DNA from: Octopus vulgaris | Lineage: Eukaryota | DNA length: 64,000 nucleotides | Direction of reading: 5' to 3' | NCBI GenBank assembly: GCA_951406725.2 | Contig: OX597826.1 | Location: forward strand, 73,966,001-74,030,000 | Shown: piece by piece, positions 35,540-50,500 of the stretch | Layout: each line of letters begins with the position of its first letter | Numbering within the stretch: position 1 is the stretch's first letter | Translations under genes and position numbers: made by a program | The notes under the pieces: model-generated | What the model saw: only the letters and a program-made list of their open reading frames with translations | What the model was told of the DNA's origin: nothing | Database searches by the model: none

Positions 35540-38500
35540 GGTTTAGTTTAAGATTTCCAATAATATCATCATCACCGTCGTCGTTTAACGTCCGCTTTCC
35601 ATGCTAGCATGGGTTGGACAAAAATCAAGTTCCCACGCCGGGAATCGAACCCGGGCCGACTGGGTAAAAGCCAGGAATCCTAACCACTAGACCACAATAG
35701 TGAGATAAAGTTAGACCGAAGAGCTCTTCAAGAAGAGAAGAGGTAACCAATCAAACAGTGTAACATCAATATAAGACTTACATGATCTGGTTTGGTGAAC
35801 AGTTTTATTGGAAGAACAGGCTCCATGACCGTATCTTTCAGGACAACATTTGATACCTTCGTCATCATCAATCCCAAAGCAATGTCACAAACAGCATATA
35901 ATTTCTTATAAAATAAAAAAGGAAAAAAAAAAAATTTTTTTTTACTTCAACTAAATAATTTTTTGTATAACATAACTCTCATTAAGCTAAGTAATTCACA
36001 ATGTTGAGAAAGTAGACTTAATAGTATTTCTACTAAGAACACACACAAACATATATACACATACATAAATACATAACTGAAAATTAATATGGGGCATATC
36101 AAAAAAGTCACACTGTTACACATTAACCTATTTCTTTACTACTCACAAGGGGCTAAACACAGACAGGAGATAAACAAGGACAGACAAACGGATTAAGTCG
36201 ATTATATCGACCCCAGTGCGTAACTGGTACTTATTTAATCGACCCCCGAAAGGATGAAAGGCAAAGTCGACCTCGGCGGAATTTGAACTCAGAACGTAAC
36301 GGCAGACGGAATACTGCTAAGCATTTCGCCTGGCGTGCTAACGTTTCTGCCAGCTTGCCGCCTTTGTGATAGTCGACCTCAGCAGAATTCGAACTCAGAA
36401 CATAAAGAAAGACGAAGTACCTATTTCTTTATTACCCACAAGGGGCTAAACACAGAGGAGACAAACAAGGACAGACATAGGTATTAAGTCGATTACATCG
36501 ACCCCAGTGCGTAACTGGTGCTTAATTTATCGACCCCAAAAGGATGAAAGGCAAAGTCGACCTCGGCGGAATTTGAACTCAGAACGTAACGGCAGACGAA
36601 GTACCGTGAAGCATTTCGCCCAGCGTGCTAACATTTCTGCCAGCTCGAGGCCTTACACATTAACCATTTAGCATTCAAACTATTCTGTCAAATGCAATGC
36701 TTATTTATTCACATTGTTTTGAATCTACCATGAATTATCGAGTAGCTTCAAGTGTTTGATGATATGGCAGTTTATTTTTTAAATGACATAGTAGAGCAGG
36801 TGCAAGAGGCCAGATTTGGCCAATTCAAACATAAAGCAGGTAGAATATTTTGGCCAGATACAGACAGGCTCGAGCGTTAAAGAAGCAATCTGACTCAAGT
36901 TGCAGTACCTTCTATTTTCATAGGTGTAACTTACTATCTCTCAACTTATCTTCTCACATACACACACACCTGAAGAAGACTTTCTTCATAACAACAGTTT
37001 CGCATTTTAACTATGACATTCATCATCATCGTTTAACGTCCGCTTTCCATGCTAGCATGGGTTGGACGATTTGACTGAGGACTGGCAAACCAGATGGCTG
37101 CGCCAGGCTCCAACCTGATCTGGCAGAGTTTCTACAGCTGGACGCCCTTCCTAATGCCAACCACTCCGAGAGTGTAGTGGGTGCTTTTAAAGTGCCACTG
37201 GCACGAGGGCCAGTCTGGCAGTACTGGCAACGGCCACGCTCGAAAATGGTGTTTTTTACATGCCACCTGCACAGGAGTCAGTCCAGCAGCACTGGCAACG
37301 ATCTCGCTCGAATGTTTTGTTCACGTGCCAGTGAGGCGAAGCTGACAACGATCACACTCAATTGGTGCTCTTTACGTGCCGGGCAGCTGCTCTGGCAGTG
37401 ATCCTGCTTGGATGGAGCTGTTAGTGCTCCACTGACACGGGTTCCAACATTACATAATATATTCACAATAATTAATCCTGTACAACATGCTTTTGCTACT
37501 GATCTCATATATTGATGTGAACTAGGAGAAAGCACGCACATTTGTTTTCCATTAGTCTACATAAGAGAGGCAATTCTGTACCTGCCCTAATGTGAGATCA
37601 TACCTTATTCATTTCATCATCCTCTGGGCCCTGTGCATCTTTAGTCTGTTTAATATCTTCAATCATCCGCCTGAAGAATGCATAGTTATAGTCTTCACTC
37701 CGGCTCATCAAGGGATCCATCACAAACCAAAGACATCTAAAAATAAACAATGATACATTTTCAGAGACTTAAGATTAGAATTTAAAGATTTTTATAGTTA
37801 AAAATCGAATTTTTAAAAATTCACAATTTATAATTAAAGAAAAAAAAAAGTATATATAGATAAATGTTAATTATACTAACTCTTTAATGATGTTCAAAGC
37901 TTGCATATGATCATGTGATTTGAGGTCAGGGTCGTGAGCCAACAGGTGAATTGTATAGGGCAGCATATAATCTGGGAGTAAGGAAAAGATTTTAGCTGGA
38001 AAAAAGACGAAAAATTCTAAATAAGATGGAGTTTGTTTTTTTTATCTGTACATGATGCTTTTGTGTGTATGTGTTATTAAACATTCCTTTTTCTGTAATG
38101 AATAAATTCCCCAGAAGAGGAATAGGAATTTTTTAAAAATATATATTTCAGAGAAAAAACTCACAGAACCAGAAATATTAGTTTTTCTCCTGATTTTCTG
38201 GAATGCTTACAGAGAATAAGTCCAACTAATTGAGACTAATGAGAAGTGACCAGCAAAATGGTCAATTGTGCTAGTGTTTGACCTACTGCTTTTAATTAAA
38301 CTTACAATGGATGAGTTTCGTCTGATTGAGTGATAAACAACGAGGGAGAGAACACATTTAGAATATATTCAAGATGACTTACAGTATGGTATGGATATGG
38401 AGTAATTTTGATCAGAAATGAAGGCTACAGAAATGATCCGAGTAGTAATAACAGATGAAAGTGTAAGAGAATACAGTTAGGGAACCAAGAGATGGGAGTG

Positions 38501-41500
38501 TGTGATGTATGTTATATACGTCTATAAGGTAGTAGCTTTCTAACAGGTGGGGGGGGGTGAGAGAGAGAGAGAGAGAGAAAAAGAAAGAGAGAGGGAGTCA
38601 ACATTACAAGCAAACTGTTGAAAATTTTAGATATGCAAGGAGCTGTAGTGGACACTTTGGGATAAAATTCTAAATTCTTATGTCCAATGAATACGTCCAT
38701 TTCGTTAAATGTATTTTTAAAGTAGAGAATTAGTACCGATTCCACTTTAGCAGCAAATTGTTATTTGATACAAATTATCAAATTTTCAAAAAGGGAGAGG
38801 AAAAAAAAAAAGACAATTAAAAAAAATCATTAATTAGCTATGAAATAGAAAAAGTAAGCGTACTATTCATTCAATGCAATTAGTGAAGCTCTTTCCTTAA
38901 ACAAATTAAAACTACATCAATGATAATAAACTAATAATTTTCTCAAATTTCAAATGGTTTTCTTCTAATTATATTTCTTACTTTAATGTGAAATGCTTAG
39001 AGTCAAAAAGCAAAGCTTGGTTATGTAACTTACAGCCTGCTGTTGCATGCTGTTTGAGATATTCTCTCCTTTTGCTAATATTTGCATAAAGGAACTGCTT
39101 CACCTGAGCTCGTCGTTCCTTGACAGGGTCATTAGCTGCCAAAGAGAAGATACTCATATATTCAAGAGGTAAGCGAAGACTTAGCAGTCCTTTGTTCAAT
39201 TTCATAGCGAACCGGAGACGGACTTGATAACAGCTATCCTGCAAAAGACAAAAAGAATACTATGTAAAAAAAAATAAATAAATAAATAAAAAAAACCAAT
39301 ACAAAATACAGAAAAGACTTTATTTCCAACTAACATTTGTAAATGTAAGAGCTGCAGAACATTTTCAAGAACTGACGTTTAATAAATCATAAAATAAAAA
39401 CACAACTTACATTAATAAGCAATGCTAATGCCTGGAACTGTTCTCTGGTAATAAGCTCTGCAAAGCAGGGTTCTTCTGCCAACTTTAACATACAACAGCC
39501 TGCTTGTAGCCGGAGACGAGCTAATTCAGGTTTGCTTTAAATAAAATAATTTAACAAGAATAAGTGAATCCATGCATGTAATCCCCCACCACCTACCCTC
39601 CAACATCCAAGAAGGAATTACATTATCAGGAGATCACTCTCAAGTTATATTGAATTGCACAACATGAAATAGATTTCCACATAAATACATTGGTATTTCT
39701 TTTGTTTTCTACTAATCCTATAAAACTATTATTATCATTGTTTCACATACATTAACCACGTTTGGCATGGATAGGACACGTCACCACAGTTGGAATAACC
39801 ACTTTTGAGGGCCACTCCCCATCTAGATGGGTCAAGGAATCTTATCTCGCACAGGTTTCATTTTGGCTTGGTTTTTATGGTTGGATGCCTTTCATAACAT
39901 CAACCATTTTACAGGGTACACTAGGTATGGTTTTGTGACAAAGGGTCCATAGATGTAACCATGGCCTCAAAGAGACTTCACAATTCCCACATCTCTGCTC
40001 ACACACCAGCCTTTTAGAGAGAGAACCAAGAATGATAGTGATGTGTTATCAAGGTGGAGGCAGTAACTTAATATCTTGAGGAACTGTTTCTCCACTGCTG
40101 ATTTTCCAACATGTCTCAGAGGCCCTACAAAGAGCATGGGTGCTGCTCTTCCTTCTGTGCCCAACCCAGCGAAAAACAAAATACAGTGAAGAACCAGTCA
40201 AGCTAAAAATGGTTGAGCAAGAGTCCAATAAATGAATCGTCCAAACCAACAAGTCATCGGGTGAGAAAGAATGAAGGATTAGATCTGATTTGAGTGGGAG
40301 AGAATTTAAAAGGCACACCAGTGATACACAATATTGGATTTAAGTGTTGGATCTAAGTATGGTGGTGGGCATGTGAGAGAGAGCCCCTTATTCCTACATT
40401 ACAATAATGGATGACCTGTTGAGGCAAGTGAAAATCAAAATCAAAATCGATCCACATCAATAGAATTTGTAGTTTGCGGTACCAGTGCCGGTGGCACATA
40501 AGAGAACCATCCGAACGTGGCCGTAGCCAGCACCACATCGACTGGCCTCCGTGCTGGTGGCACGTAAAAAACACCATCCGATCGTGGCCGTTCGCTAGCC
40601 TCGTCTGGCACCTGTGTCGGTGGCACATAAAAAGCACCCACTACACTCTCGGAGTGGTTGGCATTAGGAAGGGCATCCAGCTGTAGAAACACTGCCAGAT
40701 CTGACTGGCCTGGTGCAGCCTTCTGGCTTCCCAGACCCCAGTTGAACCGTCCAACCCATGCTAGTATGGAAAGCGGACGTTAAACGATGATGATCTCACT
40801 AACCCCCCCCCCCCATTTTTTTTTTTTTTGGATAATGCAGAAAGTCAAGCAATAAAGAAATATACTACAGTCATAAGAATATAAGAGTTTCGTTGCCATT
40901 TTTAGTAGGTTTTCATTTATCTGTTACTCAGTTTCAAAACATTTTAATCTCAACAGTAAAGATGACAAGTGCAATAATGCAGCAAATGAAGAAATACTTA
41001 CTTTATCTTTCCTCTCTCCATAAGATCACCCTCATGGATTATCACAGTATAAAGTAGCCGTAAAGTAGATGTTGCTGAATTTCCTGCATTATTCCGTAAG
41101 CCCAATAACCAGCGAACCAACATTTTCATAGCCAAAACCTGTCAACATTATATTCAAAATATTACTCTTTCTTCAAGACAGATGTTTAATACAAACAAGA
41201 TTATTATCACAGGTGACCAATTATGGTTACAAAGACCATGTTTAACACTTTTCGTTATCTTATTTCTGTTGAGATGCTCTGCGTCTCTTTCAATTAATTT
41301 TAAATATAACAAAGAATTTAGTAAAATAACTTAGTTATCATTAAGCTAGGGTTAGGAAAATAAATTGTGATTAAGGTTTGGTGGAAGATTTTAATTCAAA
41401 ACTTATGAAAACAAGACATTTGTACTACAGAGCCAGAGGCAGTTTCAGCCGGGTTATCAAAAGGGTTAAAAGAAAAAAAAAAAGGGCAATTAAAACAGGA

Positions 41501-44500
41501 TTTTAATCTAAAGAAAGTTTGTAAAGTAGCCATGTGTGGCATCCATTACAAAAAGCATATGACAGTTTATTAAAGCCTTAAAAATATTGTGAAAAAATTT
41601 TTTAGTTGCCTAGTGTGTTCAAATTTGTTAATAAGGGAGTGTTACACTCACTTTTGCTTGAGTTTCTTCAGAAATAGCATGATCTGCATACCAGCTATCA
41701 TGAACATGTACACCTTGGGTCTGTCAAAAATAAATTAAATAATAATAATTAGTTCCAATTATAGCACAAGGCCAGCAATTTTAAGAAGACAAGTCAATTA
41801 CATCAACTCCAATACTAAAGCAAAATGAAGCTCAGTGGAATTTGAACTCAGAACATAAAGAGCAGGAAGAACTGTCACTAAGCATTTTGTCCAGCACAGG
41901 AAGGATTCTGTCAGTTCACCACCTTAATAATAATAATAATTTTTTCTACTACAAGCACAAGGCTTGAAACTTTTGGGGGAAGGGCCAAGTTGATTACAAC
42001 GACCCCTAGTGTTCGGGTGGTGGTCTTTTTATCAACCCCCAAAAATTTGAACTCAGAACGTGAGGACAGACAAAATACCACAAAGCATTTTGCCTGGCAT
42101 GCTAATAATTCTGCCAGCTTGCTACCTTCTTAATAAAAATAATAATGACATCCACTGAATTTCCATTTTTAAGCACCTGTCTGATCTGAAATTAATGGAT
42201 CAATGATTATCATTGAAGAACTAATCACTAAGGGGAATATAATCTAATTCAAACGCTATTAATGCTCAATTTTGTGTGTGAGAGAGAGAGAAGGCACACA
42301 TTAGTATAAGGACAGAAATTGAGCATTTGTTGAAAATCTTTACCCATTAGTAGATTTAAATGGTGTATGTACAGTAAAGTGAATCAGTTGTTTATGACAA
42401 TTCCAGCATATGGAGATGATCTTCGAACATTGAACCTCACAGAGACAATGACTAGTGACCAAGACCTTTGGCGATATGTTGTGCTTGAGAAGATCCGCTA
42501 TGCCAAGTGAAATTGTAATCATGGCTGATGTTGGTGTCACGTAAAGAGCACTGTTGGAACATTGGGACTCATGGAAGCAGAGTGGCTGAGTTCCTTTCAA
42601 GCACTGAGCCTCATGGAGGCAAAGTAGCCAAGTGCCCTTTGAGTGTTGGGCCTCAGGGAGGCAACGACTGAGACCTTTGGCATTATGTCGAGCTTGAGAA
42701 GAAGACCCATCAAACCAAGCAAATTCGCAATCACAGCAGATACCGGTGTCACACAAATGGTATCCATGCCGGTGGCATGTAAAAGCACCCAATACACTCT
42801 CGGAGTGGTTGGTGTTAGGAAGGGCATCCAACTTCAGAAAACCATGCCAAATCAGACTGGAGTCTGGGGTAGACTTCCAGCTTACCAGCCCTGGTCAAAG
42901 CATCCAACCTATGCCAGCATGGACAACAGACATAAGATGATGATGATTATTAAAAATGAAAAAAAAAACAAAAAAAAACAAAAAAAAAAACAACTTTTTT
43001 TAAAAGTTTTGCTTTATCAAAAGTCAACATGTCCACTTACTCGATCTTGCATCAATAAATCTTTAACAATTAACTTGGACACGACATTTTTCATTTCAGT
43101 ACTAAATTCTCCCGGACATATTTGAGCAATATGTCCCATTGACACTATGGAAGTCAGGAAATTAGCAGACTCAGGATTCAAGGACTTCTTCACATGCTAC
43201 AAAAATAGAAAATGAGAGGAGGGGAAAAATTAGTTGTAAATTTAATATATGTCTGATCAAATACTCTACATATGATTTCAAATAGAAATAAATTGTTCTC
43301 AACTTTCAACTACAATACATTTTTCTTAAATTTGAAATACAATCTGACAGTCTAACTGTAATCTGTTGCAATTACATTTAAATCATAAACTAAAACCACA
43401 TATGTTGGCACCACATAAATAAGCACTTAAGCCAGTACCACGTAAAAGAGCACCTGTACCAACACCTTTTAAAAAGTACCCAGTACACTTTGTAAAGAGG
43501 CTGGTGTTAGGAAGGGCAACCAGCTATAAAAACCATGCCAAATCAGATGGCCGGAGCCTGGTGCAACCCTCTGGTTCGTTAGCTCTTGTCCAATCCATGC
43601 CAGCATGGAAAACAGATACATGATGATGATGATGAATATGTAACCAGCCAGCTTTTCATTATAACAACCCTACAATAATCACTTTTAATCTATGTTTAGA
43701 AAAAACCTTACAATTTCCCAATTCCTGAGCCAAAATCCTTAAGCCAGCATTCTGCACACTTTAAATTCAACAGGTATTTTGGATAAAAATACAAATCACA
43801 GGCTTTGTACATATTTTCAAACATCCTTTCTACAAAAGCTGGCTTAACTCAATACTATCAAACAATATCCAACTGAACTCTAAACACAAAAACAAAAAGG
43901 GGGGAGGTACATTAAAAACTCACCTCAAACACCTGCTGTAAAATAGATTCCTTTTCATGTTTGTACACAATACTGATACATTTGATTGCATGCTTTGTTT
44001 GTCTGATATTTCCCATTTTGGCTGTAGTCTGAAGAACTGGCAACAGGCTTCTGTTAAATAAATAAAAAAAAGCAAAACATAAAATCCTGTTCAATATAAA
44101 ATTTATAGAATTAAAAAAATACAACAAAGGAAATTTTGGCACAAGGCCAGCAATTTTGGGTAAGTCGATTACATTGACCCCAGTGCTCAGCTGGTACTTA
44201 TTTTATCAACTCCAAAAGGGACAAAAGGCAGAGTAGACTTTGACAGAATTTGAACTGAGTATGTAAAAACAGACGAAATGCCACTAAGCATTTTGCCTGG
44301 CGTGCTAACAATTCTGCCAATTAAGAAAATATTTATCTCACAAAAAAATATTTTTCAATGTTTTGATACTTACGAATATATATTTGGACAGTCTTTTTTC
44401 AAATTGGAACCAGTGTTCACAAATATTTGAAGAGTTAAATCAGCTGAAATTAAAAAAGATGCAGAATGTAAGAGTGGTGATTGGAATTTGTTACACTGAG

Positions 44501-47500
44501 GTTCTACCCCTCCTGTTCCCATCCTATAGCTAATTTGAATTACATCAACCATCCATCCATCCATTCAAATCATCATCATCGTTTAACGTCCGCTTTTCAT
44601 GCTGGCATGGGTTGGACGGTTTGACTGAGGACTGGTGAGCCAGAGGCTGCATCAGACCCAATGACCTGGCAAAGCTTCTACAGCTGGATGCCCTTCCTAA
44701 CGCCAACTGCTCCGAGAGTGTAGTGGGTGCTTTTATGTGACACCGGCACGAAGGCCAGTCAGGAAATACTGGCAATGACCATGCTCAAAAGGTGTTTTTG
44801 CGTGCTACCTGCACGGGAGCCAGTCTGGCAGCACTTGCTAAATGTCTGCTTTAAAAAAAAAAAAGTTTCTGACCAGAAGATTAGTCCATTGCAAGTGACC
44901 TATTTACAGCTGAGTGGTCTGGAGCAACATGAAATGAGTGTTTTGCCCAGGAACACAATGCACAGCCAGCCTGGGAACTGAACCGATGATCTCACAATCA
45001 TGAGTGTAACGCACTTAACCACTAGGCTATGTACCTTCACTTATGTGTGTGTTGAAAAGTTGGCAAAGGAAGGCCAGCCAGCTATAGAAAATGTAACTCA
45101 ACAAATTCCATCTAAGCCATACTGGCCAAAGTGGACGTCAAATGATGAAAGCAACCATTTAGTTTGGTCAACCTTACTAAGAGTACAAAAAGAAAAAAAT
45201 CCTTTACATAAGGAACACAACACTATTCTCATAAAAATCTTTATATATAAAAGTCAAGTTGTGTGTCTGTCTCCTATGATTTAGATTCCTAACTACTCCC
45301 ACATTTTGTGGTGCAGTTTAATCAAAACCGGGTATCTTATAGTCGTGATTCATATCGAGCCCTTCTGGGTATTAGCGTACGTCTACGATGAGTCTACGAT
45401 TTAAAAATAATTTACCATCATTTTTTTCCATTTTAACGCATTTTTTTCGCTATTATATAAGGAAGTAACTCTCTAAAAATGTCTACGATGAGTCAACGAT
45501 TAAAAAAAAATTTACCATAATTTTCCCCCCATTTTTAATGCATTTTTTTGGCTATAACTCTCTAAAAATGCTTATATAGCTATTTCCCTTACAACGCCGG
45601 GCGATACTGCTAGTAATTAACAAAATAGAAACTGGGAAGAATTTGATAACAATCATGAATTTAAAACAATCAAAGATAATTCTTAATTAATTACTCACAT
45701 ATAACCTCATCTTCATTTTTCAGGAATGTCAATAAATCTTCAAAAACACTCTCTCTGTTAAAACAGGGTGGGAAGACACTGGACAAAGCCTGTAGGAGCA
45801 AGAAAAGAAAAACCAGACATTGAAAGGAAATAATTTGAAATTCATTCCGATAATGTAAACAATATATTAAGTTCATAATGAGAAAATAATAAAAAAAAAA
45901 GTAGTTTAAGGTCAAATACTAACCAGAAGAAGTTTCAAACCTTTCTCACCAGCTGCGAGAACTCCATCATCAACATATATCAAGCCACTAATTACATCAC
46001 AGTTGTACTTCACCAAGGCACTGATAGCATCTGCATCAATCATGACTGGGGCTATACGCTCTAATAAAGACTTCACAGCTGTGTAGAAAGGAGTTTGCTG
46101 GCCAGGATTCCCAACCTTTCGCAAGATTTCTTTCTGTAATGGGAATTTATCAAAGAATTTAACATTGAGTATGAAAACCGTTTTTCATAAAAAAAAACAA
46201 AAAAAAAAAACTTGTGGGAAAAATTGATTTCTAATTCAATGAGGTTTATCTTTTATCTGTTACTCGTTCAGTCATTAGACTGTGGCCATGCTGGGGCACC
46301 ACCTTGAAGAATTATTTTAGTCAAACAAATCAACCCCAGTACTTATTTTTGTTTTCAAGCCTGCTACTTATTCTATTGATCTTTTTTGCCAAACTGCTAG
46401 GTTACAGGGATGTAAACACACAAACACCGGTTGTCAAGTTGTGGGGGTACAAACACATGATGGGCTTCTTTCAGTTTCCATTTACCTAATCCATTCACAA
46501 GGCTTTGGTCAGCCTAGATTTGTAGTGGAAGACACTTGCCCAAAGTGCCATACAGTGGGACTGAACCCAAAACCATGAGGTTGGAGAGCAAACACCTTAC
46601 CACACAGCCACACCTGCGCTCATGAAACAAACAAATATTCCTCAACCCTATTGAAATACATTACTTTTAGTTCAATTAACTTTGAAAATAACAAAGAATT
46701 TTAGTAAAATAGTCATTATTTAATGTCAGTTTTCCATGCGAGCAGGGGTTGGACAGCTGGATGGGAACTGATAAGACCAGGGACTGCACCAAGTGCCTTG
46801 GTCTGTTTTGGCATGGATTCTATGGTTGGATGCCCTTCCAAACACCGACCACATCGCAGAGTGTACTGGGTGTTTTTATGTGGCACTAGCACCATAACTT
46901 AGTCATTAATAAAACTGGTACCTGCAGCGTAAATCAATATGGAATTTTGATGGAAAGTTTTAATTTAAAACAGGGACTTTGTATTACAGGACCAAGGGCA
47001 GTTTCAGGCAGATTAGTATCAAAAGGATTAAAGTGAAGAAAACAAAAGAAAATAATTACAACAGCATCTTCAGCCTTGCGGCATGTGCAGTCTGAGCTGA
47101 CCAGTGCTTTTAGACAATGGCGAACACGTTTATCTTCTCTCAAAATATGATTGAATTTTTTAAGATGTTCCTGAGCTTTGTTAGGTTCAGGTAACTGTCC
47201 TGAAAATACAAATTGCAACATTGGATTTAATAAATATTCAAAACAAAAAGAGCAAGAATATTTCTTTGAAATTTATTTCATTTATGAACCGGAGAAGGGA
47301 GTTGATTTTTCAAATCAGCATGAATTGCATACACACACACACACATTTATAAATAATTTCAAGACTTGCAAACATCAAAAGGTTAATCAGAGAAAAATAC
47401 TAGCAGAATTCCTACACAACTGCACTTGATTTTTTTAAAAAGTTACAATAAATGAAACACCAGTTACTACTTCAAATGTCTTTTTAAAAAAGTTTCCAGA

Positions 47501-50500
47501 AAGCTTCCCTATTCACCCCACCTTCCTTAAGTTTAATTCAAATTCCTAGTTTGTGTAAACATAATACTGTTGATAGAGATAAAGACACTGATTGCTTAGA
47601 GACATAAGGTTTCATAATTTATGGGATAAAAAATAAAAAGGAAATGAGATGTTCTAATACTGTTCAAGCCATTTCAAAGAACATCTAGAGTAAAACCACG
47701 AGGTGATAGTGGTTTAGCTGGAATTTAAAAATAGTCAAATTTGGTGCAATCAGAGCTCAACTCACCATTAACTCTTTGCCCAGCTGTGTATCACATGTGA
47801 TACACAGGACACATTTCCCCAGCACCCATGCATCGAATATGATACACATTTCCTAATTTTATCAACCACCATAGTAACTTGAGACTCAAAACATTTGAAA
47901 GGGCTAACTAAAAGACTGAAAACAAGCACGGACATTTAGGATGAATTTATGAAAATGCTTTGGACAGGCAAAGGGTCAAGTAAAATTAAGTAAGAGTTTG
48001 TATAAGAAAGTAACAAGGGTATACATACTGGCAAGAGCTATTAATTTGGCTACCACAGGAGCAGGGCATCCCTGCAAATTTTGCTCAAGAGCATCAATCC
48101 ACTGCAGCACACAAACTCGGACTCTGAAAGAGAAGGAGTTAATAAAGTTAGGATAGAGTAGTGATATTTTTCTGATACACAACAGATCATCATCATCATT
48201 TCACATCTGCTTTCAAATGTTGGCATAGGCTGGACAGGTTATCACGGTCTAAGTCAGTTCTTAGTTAATGCTCTCCAAGATGAATCAAGGATGTCCCACA
48301 TATCATTTTTGTCAAAGTTTATATGGCTAGATGCTCTTCCTAATACCAACAACTTTTCAGGTGCAATTCATTATGATACCAATACGAGAGAAGTTGTCAT
48401 GCCATTGGAAAGACTAAAGAGTCTTCCTGGCCCTACAGTGTTTCCGTTAATTTGCAAACTACTTTACAGAGTGTACTGGGTGCATGTCATCACAGTACTG
48501 CTATGAGAGAGGTTGTCTTGATCCAGGCAAGACTAAAGAGTCCCTGTGACTGAGAGGGTGAATACAAAAACAAGGGATAAGAGAGAGAGAGAGGGAGGGA
48601 GGGGGGAGAACCAAGGTGAGACAGTGAAGGAAGAGCAAGATGGGCAAAACAGATTGATAGGCGTGAAAGGTTTGTAGAGGAGAAAGAGAGGGAGAGAGAA
48701 ATGGTTATGTTGGCAAGAAGAGGATTGAATAAAAACAATATGAGCAGCATGATGAGGGAAGAATGAGTGAGGAATAGAGACCAGATGATAAAAGAAGAAA
48801 TAATCAAAGTGAGGGAGAGAGGGAGAGAGGGGAAAGATAAATTTGAATAATTCTAAACGTATGGCATCCCAATATCTCACTTAAAATACACACGAAGTAG
48901 CCTCCAGAAGAAAAGCGTCAACTAAAATCAACTAAAATATAAATTGGACATGGGCAATCATTGCATTCTTTCTTGCCTTGAGGTTCACAGCCAAACGGTT
49001 GGGTGGATTCGCATGATAAATGGCACAACATGTGGAGACGGGTGCATAGATTGGAATGCAGTTTGTATTTTTTTTTTCTCAGCCCCCATACTTACCGAGA
49101 AAATCGATTAAAACTTTTTCTAATGGAATTCCCCTCTTTCTTCCGCCATTAAAACAACCAGTTACTTAGAAGCTGTTTTCTGATGGGGTGAGGCCAGGAA
49201 ATTTTCATACAGCTGAAGGATCCAATTGAAACAGGGGACCCAAAATGATATGGTTGACAAATGCTGTTATAGATTATACCTAACCGAAAATGATCATAGC
49301 CACGTCATCCAAACAGACCAGGTGAAACCGGGCTTAGCTGCCAGTAATACATAAAGTGAAATTGTCCACATAATACAGACAGTTATAATCTAGCAATGAA
49401 CGACCTCTTCATAGGAAACTTTAGGGAACACAACAAATATTGTACAAATACATATTAGTCACAACATCACACCAGAAAATATCTCAATTTCATTTACACC
49501 TTTTTGATCTCCATGTGTCTAATACACGTGGACATGCCTACAAAGTCAGAAAACAACACAGCTCCCATGACTTTCGGAAACATTTCTTCCATGCTGAAGC
49601 ATGGAATAAACTGCCTGCGTCAGTTGTTGACTGCCATGACACTGCATCCTTTAAGGCCCTCATGCTTTCCGAAATCCGTCGAAACTACACCTGATTATAT
49701 ATACACTTTCGATGAGTTGTAGTGCACCTGAGCACTGTACACAATGTTTATTATTATTATTAATATACAATAGACTTTACTGACTAATCATATTCAAGTG
49801 AATATTCAAAAGTAACTTCAATTACACCATAATTAATGTTTTTTCTTAAGTTTCCTAAGTAGTGTTCAAGATTTGCATTAAAAGTTTCAAGGGAACTTGC
49901 TTTTTGTAGCATGTGTTGAGAGTGTTCTGCTTCTGTTTTATTGACTCAAGCCTGGTTTCTCTTCTTCTACGTATCAATAGCATACAAGAAGGCATTTCTA
50001 GCCATACACATTCATAGACATCACACTGCATATCTCCAGACACTGTCTACACACAACCATAATAATGCTTCGTGGATGTACGTATCTACCTTCAACAGCA
50101 AACTAGAACACATTCAAAAGATATAGCAAAATAAAAAGATAAAAATAGAAATAAAACTTACCCATGCTGGTACTTCAACAACTCATTAAATGCTCTGAAA
50201 TAACAAAAAAAAAAAAGATACTGATATAAACTTTGTGCTAAGAAAGCAATTGTTACACAGAAAATCAATGTGTAAAGAACAAGTCTAAACTAAAACACAA
50301 ACAACTATATTTAGTTATATTCACTAAATCATGCTGAAATGAGAAAAGTGGTTTATGAAATCTCTAGTTTGAGACGACAGGTTAAGATAATGACACGAGG
50401 TCTAGAGTACAAATAAACAGAGAAAATACAAGAAATAATAACTATAATAGTGGGGATGAGAGAAGATGTCTTTGGTGCAGGTACGTAAGATGATGCTTGT

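Noticed and set aside
35630-35701. Functional link between the tRNA-Glu relic and neighbouring GATB
   Set aside because: GatCAB acts on mitochondrial tRNA-Gln. The relic is cytosolic-type and broken, so proximity is most likely coincidence.
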